Notes under the pieces: model-generated
Databases searched by the model: none
Told to the model about the DNA's origin: nothing
The model's input: the letters and a program-made list of their open reading frames with translations, nothing else
Shown: positions 1 through 9,802 of the stretch, one piece after another
Layout: the number at the start of each line of letters is the position of its first letter
Numbering within the stretch: the first letter of the stretch is position 1
Source: Deltaproteobacteria bacterium
GTDB taxonomy: Bacteria > Bdellovibrionota_C > UBA2361 > SZUA-149 > JADZAE01
Reading direction: 5' to 3'
Length of the DNA stretch: 64,000 bases
Assembly (NCBI GenBank): GCA_020852715.1
Contig: JADZAE010000034.1
Coordinates: 57,786 to 121,785 of the forward strand
Program-made: the position numbers and the translations under genes

Positions 1-318
1 CCAAGAAAGGTAAAGGACAAAAAACTTAAACAATAACAACATTCCCACTGAAGCTTGTGCGTATATATAACCAACAATCAGTTCGAAAATATAACTGGAA
101 GATGTAAGTGGACTACCTGCAGCCAGAATACTTATAAAAGTATTGTTATTTAAGGTGGATAAGCCTTGAGCAATAAAATAAAACGACGCTCCATCCACTA
201 TGGGCAACAATAAGTAGCTAGCAGCAACACCTATAATTAGTAACGAAAAAGCTAATGTCCGCGTACTGAGTGAGCGCTTGTAAATATTTGCATCTTGTAA
301 TAAGCAGGAATCCAACAT
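1..318 (-). CDS. hypothetical polytopic membrane protein, N-terminal part (gene runs off the left edge)
   Basis: A reverse-strand ATG at 318-316 opens a frame that stays open to base 1 (106 codons, MLDSCLLQDANIYKRSLSTRTLAFSLLIIGVAASYLLLPIVDG...). The sequence is hydrophobic and helical. It is missing from the ORF track because it is edge-truncated. Confidence 0.35.
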   Translation of the reverse strand, partial: MLDSCLLQDANIYKRSLSTRTLAFSLLIIGVAASYLLLPIVDGASFYFIAQGLSTLNNNTFISILAAGSPLTSSSYIFELIVGYIYAQASVGMLLLFKFFVLYLSW

Positions 319-366
319 AATTTTATTAAATGTTTAGGTTTATTCAATAAAAGCTACTAGCATTAA

Positions 367-1281
367 ATGGCTCTTTGCAAAACGAACAAAAACAGTTTTT
401 CACTGACTCTTTGGGCAATGTTTTTATGCTTAAATTTTTGCACCGCCAGCCTAAGCTATGCTTGCCCTGACATCAATGGTCTTGTTGACGTCAATTGCGA
501 TAAGCAATTGGTGATACTAACTTTTGGTGACTCGATCACTTTCGGCGTGGGGGACGAATTGAAGATTGGCGGATACCCGACTCGTCTAAGATACCATTTT
601 CCTCAAGCTATTGTCATTAACGCCGGTCGCCCAGGAGAACAAACGCCTTACGGAAGAACCAGGGCGGCTACTATTTTTGCAAGCAATCCCAACGCTGACT
701 ATATTGTTATACTCGAAGGCGTAAATGATTGGTGGATACCAAATCACTCACCTACAAATACCAGCAGTAATTTATACGCCATGGTGAGAAACGCGCGTTC
801 GACAGGGGCAACAAGCTTGCTCTCGACGATCTGTGCTACACGCCGCTCCGATGAAGCGTCTTGGGTAAGATCGCTAAACTCTGTTATTCGCCCATATACT
901 CAAGTTGATTTTTACTCATTGGGAACATCTATTATCGGCGGGGATGCCTTACATCCCAATGCTAATGGTTATGATCAGATGGCCTTAAAGGCGGCGCAAA
1001 GCCTCATCTACTATGCTAATGTTTATCGGCCGGCAGACACTGACGGCGATGGGCTGTATAATTGGAAAGAGCAACAAATGGGTTCTAATCCGCTAATCGC
1101 CGATACTGACGGTGATGGGTTAAATGATGGAGAAGAGTTTATTTACAATACCAATGCGCTGATTAAAGACACTGACGGCGATGGACAAAACGATTATAAA
1201 GAAATTAAAGTGCTCGGCTCGGATCCATTAAATTCTTCATTCGGCGCACCAAAAATCACATCTTATAGGATTATTTCGTGA
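367..1281 (+). CDS. secreted SGNH/GDSL-family hydrolase with C-terminal thrombospondin type-3-like calcium-binding repeats
   Basis: Signal-like N-terminus. SGNH blocks are present: FGDSITFG (block I), EGVND (block III), DALHPNANGY (block V). Three DTDGDG(L/Q)xD repeats sit near the C-terminus. Confidence 0.75.
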   Translation: MALCKTNKNSFSLTLWAMFLCLNFCTASLSYACPDINGLVDVNCDKQLVILTFGDSITFGVGDELKIGGYPTRLRYHFPQAIVINAGRPGEQTPYGRTRAATIFASNPNADYIVILEGVNDWWIPNHSPTNTSSNLYAMVRNARSTGATSLLSTICATRRSDEASWVRSLNSVIRPYTQVDFYSLGTSIIGGDALHPNANGYDQMALKAAQSLIYYANVYRPADTDGDGLYNWKEQQMGSNPLIADTDGDGLNDGEEFIYNTNALIKDTDGDGQNDYKEIKVLGSDPLNSSFGAPKITSYRIIS

Positions 1282-1589
1282 GTTTGTTCGGGATCGCGAG
1301 CATTCGCAATACCGCACGCGTAAGCACCAATTGCGCTAATAATTTGCACAGCGTTTTTGAAACGCGCACTCATCTTCGTAGCGGAGCGGAGAAGTGAGTC
1401 GCCTACGACATCGCGTGTACGCGATCGGTCTCGGTTATTCCGCGCACCACCGCTGGCATTCGTGACGTCGGCGCGTCAGATCTTCCGGCCTTCAGCCTCC
1501 AGATCATGCCACGCGCCTCACAGCGCCCACAGCATTTTGTGCGCCGGAGGCGCTAGCGCGTGCAGCCACCGTGATCACGCGGTCCTAGC
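1282..1589 (+). repeat. GC-rich intergenic repeat family, copy A (diverged, full length)
   Basis: Starts right after the stop codon at 1281. Shares ...aataatttgcac..., ...tgagtcgcctacgac... and ...acgtcggcgcgtc...cattttgtgcgccggaggcgct.gcgcgtgc... with copy B (15631-15886). GC is far above the surrounding DNA. ORFs called here (1357..1713) are not conserved between copies. Confidence 0.6.
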
Positions 1590-1617
1590 GGGCAGGCGCA
1601 GCCTGCCCCTACTTTTT
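1590..1617 (+). terminator. intrinsic-terminator-like hairpin between convergent genes
   Basis: Stem gggcagg (1590-1596), loop cgcag, stem cctgccc (1602-1608), followed by ctacttttta. It abuts the stop codon of the minus-strand gene at 1609-1611. Confidence 0.45.
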
Positions 1618-4600
1618 ATCTTCTTCAAAGCGCTCGCGGCATTTATCGGACTTTTCGCCCTGAACGCCTTCTTGATGCTCGCCCATATTAAACGGGTAAG
1701 CCTGATATGCTGAGCAGGCAAAACGTTCGTCTTTATCATCTGGTTCTGCCTTGTAGTCAGGATCGGGGTTTTGATTTCCTTGACCGCGGCCTTCTTTTTT
1801 GCCGTCTTTTGTTTTTGGTTTATCCATTCCGTCATAGGCCTGGCAACCCGTACCTTTATCTTGTTCGGTTGCACTAACTTTAAGCTCCTTACAAGACTCG
1901 TTACTTTCCTTCGGGTCACCTAGACATTTAATCCACTTAACATTATCGTCGCCTTTCTGGTCTTGGATCTCTTTCTTTCCCTCACCGCTATCATTTTTGT
2001 CATCTTTAATACTATAGAGATTACCCTTATACAGACCATCGGTTTCGTCTTGTTTTTTAAGGAATTCGTCAATCTTCTTAAACATATCGCTTTCTTCGTT
2101 GTTCGCCACTACTGAGCGATACTGACAGGTGCAAGCGGTCCTACGATTCCAAATAAGCATTCTTCGCGAACCATTCATACCGGGATCATCTGCTTGACCG
2201 GCAAGATCATCGGAAAACTGGTTAACAAAAGAGTTTAAAGACTTTTGAAAATCAGATGGCTGTAAATTACTCTGCTCGAAAGCTCCGAGATAATTATTAA
2301 GCCAGCTGATGTCTCTGGTAATAGGAACACCTTCCAGGAAGTTACCGGTGTTGAACTTAGTCCAAGGAAACATGATCCAATTGCCATCGGAGCCATTCAT
2401 TATTTGTTGATGGATATATTCATCGGAAGTTCCACAAGAAGCACCGATAATATGGACCACAGTCTGATTATTGAGTTGTAAATTCGGTCCATAAGCACCG
2501 GTTTCTTGTATCTGATCAGGCGTCATTCCAGGAACATAAGGCCGTATCCCCCGATCGTAGATAAAGGGTGTCACGTGATCCTGTACCTGGTTATTTGCTT
2601 CCAGAGCCGCTTTATCATTGGTCGCTTTATCTCCAAACATACTCATACAACCAGTGACAGTGGGGTAAACGAGCTGAATTTTATCTATCTGCTCTTGTCC
2701 TCCACCTGGAGCAGCATCAGTAAAATAAGGAAGTCCGCCTTTTTGCATTGTGCTATCCACACCCGGAGCCAGCGATTTTAGATTCAAGCCTTTAGCATTT
2801 AGCGTCTGCATATGCCGCTTCATATTAGCTGCAGCAAAACTATTCTTCTTGGCGCTCATCATTTGAGCAAGCTCATAGCCAATGCGGCCGAAAGCCATCC
2901 CCTGCACATTAGGATGACTAGGATAAGCGGAGTCGAGATTATAAGGAATCAGCTGAAAAGCATCATCAAAACAATAACGGCTGCAAAATTCATCGTTTCG
3001 TGCTTGCACACCCATCATATCACCTAGACCGGCAGTCATACGATTAGCTAGCGGTCTACCCATGCGACAAGCTAAACAAACATCTATCTCGCCATAATCA
3101 TCAATGGTCTGCTCTTTGGGCAAAGCAGCACTGTCAGTAACCAAAGCATCAGTCGGGTTAGCACTGCCGGCCGACAAAGTCTTCATCAAAGATTTAGTTT
3201 TTACTGCGGTATTCGCCAGCTTTTTATCAGCTTTAAATAAGAAAGCCCGAACGCTGCTCGCCGATGCCGAAGAGTTTAAAAAGCAAGTGCGATCACCAAA
3301 TAGGCAAGCCTGAGCCGAACTACTAGACGAAGAGGAAAAAGATGACACGCTTGAGCTTAAGCTATTTGAGCTAGAGGATAATGCAGAGCTACTGCTCAAA
3401 ACAGAGCTCTGCGACTCAGAAGAAAGCTCACTGGAAAAAGAACTTTCGGAGCTATAAAACGAGCTAGATGAACTATACAAGCTAGAAGAGCTGCGATAGT
3501 CGTTATTATTACCTTTTCCACCACCGGCGCCACCACCGCCTTTTCCCTTGCCCATTCCTGGAATCTTAAACGGCAATTTCATGCCTCCGCCGCCACCTTT
3601 CTTTGATCCACCGCTACAACCTCCGCCGCTACAGCTCCCACTGGGGCCTTGCATCTTCTGATAAGCATAAGGATTTAACAATTTAGATAGATTCGGATTA
3701 TGCGCCCAAGCATAAAAACGCGGATCTTCGGTCCACATCGCCAAATATTGAGAGTTGACGCTATCTTTTTTATCGGGAAGAGTATCACCAAAACAACGCT
3801 GCCCGTTGTCATTCGGAACTTTATAATCACTACCGCCGGCGGCCGGGGCACTTTTCATTGAGAATTCCTTTGCTAGTATATCGCCTGTGGCCAGTGATTT
3901 TTGCTTAGCGACAGTAGTCCCACTGTTCGCAGCCGAGCTATCTCCGCTTGATGGAGTAAATGGTTTTTGATCTTTGTTATCATGGCCAAATATATAGCCG
4001 TTATACCAAAACTTTGCTTTTAAGCATTTGGTCTCCTTTGAATTTAATTCTCGATACCAATAACTGTCATCTTTACCAAATTTCAATCTATCTTCTTTTT
4101 TCGTGTGATTATCAGCGACCAGCTTGGTGGCATAAAGATGACCTTCGCTACGCTCTGTATCATTAGAATCTTTACTGTTACTGCCAAAGCCGGCGCCAAA
4201 CGGTATTCCTACTTGTCCAGGCTCAGCCCCTAAATTAACAGCTAATCCACGCGCAGCAGAATTAGATAACTTTTCACTGGTTTGCTGATAATACTTTTCA
4301 CCTATCCCTAAATATTTATCTTTGTTCTGGAAAAGGTTTGAGTATTGAAGGTCAGGCCGATCAAATACGGCCGGATTTATTGCCGCAACGCCGAAATCAT
4401 TTATTTCAATTTGCCACTCCGGCCATAAATATTCCCAAACCTCACCATGATTAGGAAGCGGTTTATTATCTTCGCAATCTTTTTCGGTTTTATAAATCTT
4501 TTTGGGTTGGCAATAGGTACAACGAGGAGTTTCTTCGCTTTTCTTCTCTTTAGCACCGCCAATTACTTTATCTCGTTTATTATTATAAGCCCCCCCCTTA

Positions 4601-5055
4601 CCGCTTAACGGAGCCTTATCATCCTTTTCGTTTACAATCAGCTGAGGATTAAAGCAGGTATGAAAATTTTCCCAATTCACCTTGCTTTCGTCTCTTTTAA
4701 AACCAACTCCTCCGGCAGGCATCTTTTCTTTAAGGCCTACCCCAACACGCGAGTCATTATGCCAATCCTGAATGGACTCCTCTATCGGACGAGGTTTTTC
4801 TTTCCAGAGCTCATTAGTCTGCTTCATCACATCTGAAACACTACCTAAAATCGTATTTCGTGTTTCCACGGGATGAGAAACCGGTGCCTTGCTCGCTCCA
4901 CAACCATTTGGCCCACATTCAGCAAACGAGTAGTTAGAAAACAAAAGAGAAGCAGAAACTCCCAGTCCAATGAGAACTGCATACGAATAACTATGTCTGC
5001 TTAACGAAAAGAGAATGGAAGACAAAAAATGTTTTTTCATTTTACACACTGCCAA
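1609..5055 (-). CDS. giant secreted Cys-rich protein, tentatively TraU-like (F-type T4SS periplasmic component) with a Gly/Lys- and Ser-rich low-complexity insert
   Basis: 1148-aa ORF. The likely true start is the ATG at 5040 (MKKHFLSSILFSL..., signal peptide). Short motifs recall F-plasmid TraU from memory: TEDPRFYAWAHNPNLSKLLNPYA (cf. EIDPTWTDSSLTTILNPEA), GMAFGRIGYELAQMM (cf. RMAFKLHRQGMIM), and RMLIWNRRTACTC near the C-terminal third (cf. LMWRKRNC). There are many Cys residues. The family call is unverified. Confidence 0.45.
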   Translation of the reverse strand: MAVCKMKKHFLSSILFSLSRHSYSYAVLIGLGVSASLLFSNYSFAECGPNGCGASKAPVSHPVETRNTILGSVSDVMKQTNELWKEKPRPIEESIQDWHNDSRVGVGLKEKMPAGGVGFKRDESKVNWENFHTCFNPQLIVNEKDDKAPLSGKGGAYNNKRDKVIGGAKEKKSEETPRCTYCQPKKIYKTEKDCEDNKPLPNHGEVWEYLWPEWQIEINDFGVAAINPAVFDRPDLQYSNLFQNKDKYLGIGEKYYQQTSEKLSNSAARGLAVNLGAEPGQVGIPFGAGFGSNSKDSNDTERSEGHLYATKLVADNHTKKEDRLKFGKDDSYWYRELNSKETKCLKAKFWYNGYIFGHDNKDQKPFTPSSGDSSAANSGTTVAKQKSLATGDILAKEFSMKSAPAAGGSDYKVPNDNGQRCFGDTLPDKKDSVNSQYLAMWTEDPRFYAWAHNPNLSKLLNPYAYQKMQGPSGSCSGGGCSGGSKKGGGGGMKLPFKIPGMGKGKGGGGAGGGKGNNNDYRSSSSLYSSSSSFYSSESSFSSELSSESQSSVLSSSSALSSSSNSLSSSVSSFSSSSSSSAQACLFGDRTCFLNSSASASSVRAFLFKADKKLANTAVKTKSLMKTLSAGSANPTDALVTDSAALPKEQTIDDYGEIDVCLACRMGRPLANRMTAGLGDMMGVQARNDEFCSRYCFDDAFQLIPYNLDSAYPSHPNVQGMAFGRIGYELAQMMSAKKNSFAAANMKRHMQTLNAKGLNLKSLAPGVDSTMQKGGLPYFTDAAPGGGQEQIDKIQLVYPTVTGCMSMFGDKATNDKAALEANNQVQDHVTPFIYDRGIRPYVPGMTPDQIQETGAYGPNLQLNNQTVVHIIGASCGTSDEYIHQQIMNGSDGNWIMFPWTKFNTGNFLEGVPITRDISWLNNYLGAFEQSNLQPSDFQKSLNSFVNQFSDDLAGQADDPGMNGSRRMLIWNRRTACTCQYRSVVANNEESDMFKKIDEFLKKQDETDGLYKGNLYSIKDDKNDSGEGKKEIQDQKGDDNVKWIKCLGDPKESNESCKELKVSATEQDKGTGCQAYDGMDKPKTKDGKKEGRGQGNQNPDPDYKAEPDDKDERFACSAYQAYPFNMGEHQEGVQGEKSDKCRERFEEDKK

Positions 5056-5232
5056 TGAAAATAAACTGCGCTTCTATTAACGGCATAATGGCCAAATAAT
5101 CTAAGTAACTACTTAGCGTTATTGACAAAACAAAGAAAATAACGCGCTTTAAAATAGCAACAATACTGCGCGACTTAACAAGCTGAAATAATTGAATATT
5201 ATAAGGACAAAAGGGCTTGCTTCGGTAAAATA

Positions 5233-6099
5233 TCACTCCAGACCAATAAATTTTTTCACAAAAAAGCCAACAATAAATGAAAATCCGGCCACAGAAAAGC
5301 TAATTCCAATCATCTCAGCGAAGCGTTTACGGAAGGGTAAATCCATGGCGATAGCCGTGTAAAAAGTGAAAAATAAAATAATGATAGTGGCGTGACACAA
5401 TGTCCAGCCAAGGCTTGCTATCGGATTAGCCAAAACCAAATAAGGGAAGATGAGGAAAAGAACGGTGAAGATATAGGCAAGACCGGTGTAGAGACTAGCC
5501 CTAATCGGGCTTTTATCTGTCTGCTCGGACTTGGTCGATAAATACTCAGAAGCAGCCATAGAAAACGATGCGGCAATGCCTGTGATAAATCCGGCCGTGG
5601 CTACAAGTTTAGGTTCCTGCAAAGCTAAGGTAAAACCAGCTAGCGCGCCGGTGAGTTCAACTAAAGCATCATTTAAACCAAGCACCACCGAACCGACATA
5701 CTTTAATCTGTCTTCATTGAGCATATCAATCAAAGCCTTTTCATGTGCCTCTTCCTCTTCTTTGATTAATTTCAGCTCAGGTATCACATCATAAACCGAG
5801 GCATAGGCTTCCTGTGCGCGTTCCTCGGCATTCTCCATCAGCTTAATACCGAAAGTCAGGCCTAGCACTCTAGACAACAGATAAAACTTCCAAACTTTCC
5901 ACTTATTGACTCCGACTTCTACTCTCGAAAGTTTTTTTAAATTATGGTAATGTTTCTTTTCATCAGCCGCAATTTTCTTAAGCACAGACTTATTATTCTC
6001 ATCGCGAACGACAGCCGCCAGCTTTTCATAAATCACAGCCTCTGTAATTTCATTGTTTTGAAAGATTACCAGTTTTTTCTTTAATTCATCTGTCAGCAT
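5233..6099 (-). CDS. VIT1/CCC1-family iron transporter with N-terminal ferritin-like (erythrin) domain, MbfA-like
   Basis: The N-terminal region has ferritin-like helices with E..H pairs (ADEKKHYHNL, EEEEAHEKAL). The C-terminal region has VIT1-type motifs LGLNDALVELTGALAG and SMAASEYLS plus transmembrane helices. Confidence 0.7.
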   Translation of the reverse strand: MLTDELKKKLVIFQNNEITEAVIYEKLAAVVRDENNKSVLKKIAADEKKHYHNLKKLSRVEVGVNKWKVWKFYLLSRVLGLTFGIKLMENAEERAQEAYASVYDVIPELKLIKEEEEAHEKALIDMLNEDRLKYVGSVVLGLNDALVELTGALAGFTLALQEPKLVATAGFITGIAASFSMAASEYLSTKSEQTDKSPIRASLYTGLAYIFTVLFLIFPYLVLANPIASLGWTLCHATIIILFFTFYTAIAMDLPFRKRFAEMIGISFSVAGFSFIVGFFVKKFIGLE

Positions 6100-6126
6100 A
6101 AACGCCTACCTATTCTCTGATGAAAG

Positions 6127-7308
6127 TTATTTAACCCCTTGCTTGTCCAAAAGTATGAGATTGAGAAAGGCAAGGCGTCCACCACGCACGGGGAGTCCGT
6201 TTTTATCAACAATTGCTGCTGCCTGCATCAGTAAACGAACAACTGTTTTATAATCTTCTTCCCCTTGAGCCTGCTGCATTTTAGCTACGGCTAAATTATT
6301 GATAATAGCAGCCATAATAAAAGGATCAGTTTTAAGCATGATTTTTCCTGCCGCCCTTTGAAAATCAGTGACAGCGCAATCCACTAATCCCCGATCTTCG
6401 CCAACTACCAAGGTTGCTCTTAAGAGAAAAAAATTGCCCCGCAAAAAGTGCATGAAAGCCTGCGCCACTAATGACTTCCAACTTCCGTGCACCATCAATC
6501 CTCCGGAAAGAGCAGATTGAGCCTGCGACATCGCCTTTTCACTTTCTAACAAAGACACGGGCCGAAGAGTTAAGTCATTCAAGGCTTTACCAAGAAAGCC
6601 AATCACCTGAAGAATTAATTCCATCGGCTCAAGTGGAACATGCACGGCCTCCGGCGTTAATGCTAATAAAAGCAAGTCAGCTTGCGGCGATGAAGCTAAG
6701 CTGAAATAATCTCGGCCCTCTCGTAAGTCATATTTCTTGGCCTCACCGGCTATCCACCTTTCGGCATTATGCTTCACAGAATCAGTCGGAATGTATCTGG
6801 CGATATCTTCCCCGGCCACGCTGATATCCGCCCAGTTTTTCTGTCCATATATAAATACTACGCTAGCCGCCTTGCTTTGCCACCAACGATAAGCATCATT
6901 TTGTTTTGCAAATTTTCTGTGCAACATAGAGAGCTTGGGCATGACTAAATAGCGTGAAATATCACGATATTGGAGCTTCATTTGCTGGCTATATAAATCG
7001 CTATCATCTTTATTTAATTCCGCTAATAAAATGGGCGGACGATAAACAGTTCCATAAAAGAAACCTTGTACATGTAAAGCCGATAGAGCCCAGCAAAATA
7101 GTGCGCCTCCAATTAATACTCCAGGAATACGCCATTGAGGCTTATGCGGCATTTTCCAAACAGCCAGTAGGGCTAAAGGAAATAACCAAAACTGCAGCTG
7201 TCTATTAAGTATTAGCTGAAGATTAATTATTCTTAAAACTATTAAAATCACGGCAGCGAATAACAGTAACAAAGTAATTCGTTTATTTATGTATGCCCAA
7301 ATCTTCAT
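6127..7308 (-). CDS. hypothetical membrane-anchored protein
   Basis: 393-aa ORF with 3-4 N-terminal hydrophobic helices followed by a soluble helical domain. No family recognised. Confidence 0.55.
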   Translation of the reverse strand: MKIWAYINKRITLLLLFAAVILIVLRIINLQLILNRQLQFWLFPLALLAVWKMPHKPQWRIPGVLIGGALFCWALSALHVQGFFYGTVYRPPILLAELNKDDSDLYSQQMKLQYRDISRYLVMPKLSMLHRKFAKQNDAYRWWQSKAASVVFIYGQKNWADISVAGEDIARYIPTDSVKHNAERWIAGEAKKYDLREGRDYFSLASSPQADLLLLALTPEAVHVPLEPMELILQVIGFLGKALNDLTLRPVSLLESEKAMSQAQSALSGGLMVHGSWKSLVAQAFMHFLRGNFFLLRATLVVGEDRGLVDCAVTDFQRAAGKIMLKTDPFIMAAIINNLAVAKMQQAQGEEDYKTVVRLLMQAAAIVDKNGLPVRGGRLAFLNLILLDKQGVK

Positions 7309-7459
7309 TATTCACTGAACGCTCTTTTTTCTATTTTGTTACTTAAGAGAAAGATCATTATCACCTACAAATATCCGCTTAATCCGATGGACTAAATAGT
7401 ATAATTCACTTATATATGGCAAGGTAACATTTGGTCACTTTTTTCATGTATAGATAAAA

Positions 7460-8254
7460 ATGGGAAGTAACAATAATCAAATAAGCGCTAGCCAATCAAG
7501 GACATGGATTTATCCGAGCTACTGCGTAGACAAGTTGCGCTCGGGACAAAATCTCTCGGAGTTAATTCATCGTCTTGGTCATGATATCGGTAACCCGCTT
7601 ACTGCTATCATTTCTTTGGGCTCAGTCATTCAAACTTTGGCTGAACTGGAGAGCAAATCAAACACAGAATCAAAATTTCCCGCTTATGCGGCCTCCATCA
7701 TTGCTGAAGCATGGAAAGTTTCACGCATTAGTGAACGCATGGTCTGCATTCTTTCCCAAAGAAAACCAATTGCAGCAGCTTGCAATTTAGAAAATTCGTT
7801 ATCTGAGGTTTTTAATCGCCTCTATAATCGGGATCATGCCCGCTATGAAAATATTGATATAGAATTTGCCGATTCCTCAGAAGATTTAGCAGCCAACATC
7901 GATCAATCGCAACTAAACTTGTTTTTTACCGAGTTAATAATAAATGCCGTCGAAGGCATAGAAAGACGTCTAACTGAAAATAACAATCTCAGCTCGCAAA
8001 TTTATGTGAGAATTTTTAAGGAAGATAATCTTGCTTGTATAACTATCGGTTCTTACAGTGCGCGCAAGAACACGTTAGATTTAATCGATCTTTTTAATCC
8101 CTTCGTTAGCGGTTTTCCCGAAGAAAAACATGTAGGGATCGGATTAACAACTTGTTATGCCATCGCGCAAGGGCACGGTGGGCAAATAGCTATCAGTGAA
8201 GAGAGTAAAGACAACGGTTACTATTTTACCGTTAAAGTATGCTTACCCATGTGA
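7460..8254 (+). CDS. soluble sensor histidine kinase (HisKA + HATPase_c), with no transmembrane or obvious sensor domain
   Basis: H-box LGHDIGNPLTAI, N-box ELIINAVEGI, G2-like GIGLTTCYAIAQGHGGQIAI. No response regulator is adjacent. Confidence 0.7.
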   Translation: MGSNNNQISASQSRTWIYPSYCVDKLRSGQNLSELIHRLGHDIGNPLTAIISLGSVIQTLAELESKSNTESKFPAYAASIIAEAWKVSRISERMVCILSQRKPIAAACNLENSLSEVFNRLYNRDHARYENIDIEFADSSEDLAANIDQSQLNLFFTELIINAVEGIERRLTENNNLSSQIYVRIFKEDNLACITIGSYSARKNTLDLIDLFNPFVSGFPEEKHVGIGLTTCYAIAQGHGGQIAISEESKDNGYYFTVKVCLPM

Positions 8255-8267
8255 AGCAAGGTGAACA

Positions 8268-8774
8268 ATGGCTATTCTGGAGATTCTCACATATCCTAAT
8301 CCTATTTTAAAAAAAGCCTGCGCACCCGTAACCGATGTTAATGATGAGCTGCGCAAATTTCTCGATGATATGTTGGAGACAATGTATCAAAACGCCGGCA
8401 TTGGATTAGCTGCCATTCAGGTTGGCCGATTGATTCGGGCAATTGTCGTTGATATCCGCGAAGATGAGCGCGGCAGTAGTGAATCCAAAGTTCATAAACT
8501 AATCAATCCCGAGATTCTGGAAAAAGAAGGAAGCAAAAAATGTGAAGAAGGCTGCCTCAGCGTTCCGGGAGTCAGAGAAGAAGTTATTCGTGCTGAAAAA
8601 ATCAAGGTGCGCGCCCTAAACGAGAACGGAAAGAAAGTCGAATTTATCGCCGAAGGGCTATTAGCTATTTGCATCCAGCATGAAATAGATCATCTCGATG
8701 GCATTTTGTTTGTTGACCGCTTAAGCAAACTAAGACGCACGATGATCAAAAAGAAATTAAATAAATTAACTTAG
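8268..8774 (+). CDS. def: peptide deformylase
   Basis: All three signature motifs are present: GIGLAAIQVG, EGCLSVPG, QHEIDHLDG. 168 aa. Confidence 0.95.
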   Translation: MAILEILTYPNPILKKACAPVTDVNDELRKFLDDMLETMYQNAGIGLAAIQVGRLIRAIVVDIREDERGSSESKVHKLINPEILEKEGSKKCEEGCLSVPGVREEVIRAEKIKVRALNENGKKVEFIAEGLLAICIQHEIDHLDGILFVDRLSKLRRTMIKKKLNKLT

Positions 8775-8790
8775 GTAAATTGATAATACT

Positions 8791-9801
8791 TTGACCAAGA
8801 ACGAAAATAAATTACGTTTAGTTTTCTTTGCCACCCCTGAGTTCGCTTTGCCCTGCCTTGAGCAAGTCCGGGAATGTGCTAACTTTGAAATAACAGCTGT
8901 CGTGACAGCATCGGATAAACCTTCAGGACGCGGGTTAAAGCTTACTCCGTCGCCAGTGAAGGTCTTCGCAGAAAAACATAACATCCCCTGCTTCCAGCCT
9001 CCTTCTTTGAAGTCTTTAACTTTATCCGAGGATAAACATTTTTCAAGCACGCAAGAACATTTACAGGATTTTTGTGCATTGCTGAATCAGCAGCCTCCTG
9101 ATTTTTTTGTTGTTGTCGCTTATGGAAAAATAATACCTGATGCCTTAATTAACTATCGGCAATATCGCGTCGTTAATGTGCATCCTTCATTGCTGCCGCG
9201 TTGGCGAGGGGCTGCGCCAATTCAATATGCGCTATTTAGCGGAGATCAAGAAACCGGTGTTTCAATTATGGCTCTGGACTCCGGGATCGATACCGGACCT
9301 GTGTTTGCCCAGGAAAAGCTGCCTATAGGACACGATGATACGCTTGCCTCGCTGCACGATAAGCTCTCTGAGCTTAGTTCAACGCTGCTTGTAAAAACGC
9401 TGCATGATATTCAGGCCGCTAATCTGCTCCCAGATGAGCAGCCACAAGAAGGCGTTACTTATGCCAATAAGTGGGACAAACCGGATTGCATTATTAACTG
9501 GTTAGAGGATACCGAAACCATTAGTCGGCGTGTGAGAACTTGCTATCCGTCACCCGGAGCCAAGGCAAGTTTTCGCGCACAGGAAGTAAAAATATTAAAA
9601 ATTGCCATGAAGAAAGATCGAAATTATCCGCGTGGCAGCGCGGGTGAAGTCGTGGAAGCCAACAGAGAAGAACTGATTATTGCTGCCGGCAAAGATACTT
9701 ATTTGGCTATCGAAGAAATGCAGTTTCCCGGTAAAAGCAAACTACCAATCAAAGAAATATTAAAAGGCTATCAGATAAAAATCGGAGAGAGGTTTAGCTG
9801 A
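8791..9801 (+). CDS. fmt: methionyl-tRNA formyltransferase
   Basis: Immediately downstream of def. Motifs LRLVFFATPEFALPCL, VVVAYGKIIP, VNVHPSLLPRWRGAAPIQ. Apparent TTG start. Confidence 0.9.
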   Translation: MTKNENKLRLVFFATPEFALPCLEQVRECANFEITAVVTASDKPSGRGLKLTPSPVKVFAEKHNIPCFQPPSLKSLTLSEDKHFSSTQEHLQDFCALLNQQPPDFFVVVAYGKIIPDALINYRQYRVVNVHPSLLPRWRGAAPIQYALFSGDQETGVSIMALDSGIDTGPVFAQEKLPIGHDDTLASLHDKLSELSSTLLVKTLHDIQAANLLPDEQPQEGVTYANKWDKPDCIINWLEDTETISRRVRTCYPSPGAKASFRAQEVKILKIAMKKDRNYPRGSAGEVVEANREELIIAAGKDTYLAIEEMQFPGKSKLPIKEILKGYQIKIGERFS

Positions 9802-9802
9802 A

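Noticed and set aside
1357-1919. ORFs 1357..1713 (+) and 1575..1919 (-)
   Set aside because: The first lies inside GC-rich repeat copy A and then runs antisense into the large minus-strand gene. The second is an alternative frame inside that gene. Both have Arg/Ser/Ala-rich junk composition and no conservation between repeat copies.
5042-5236. 64-aa minus-strand ORF between the VIT1-like gene and the TraU-like gene
   Set aside because: It lies in the AT-rich promoter/leader region of the TraU-like gene, has no RBS and a hydrophobic junk-like sequence. It is probably non-coding.
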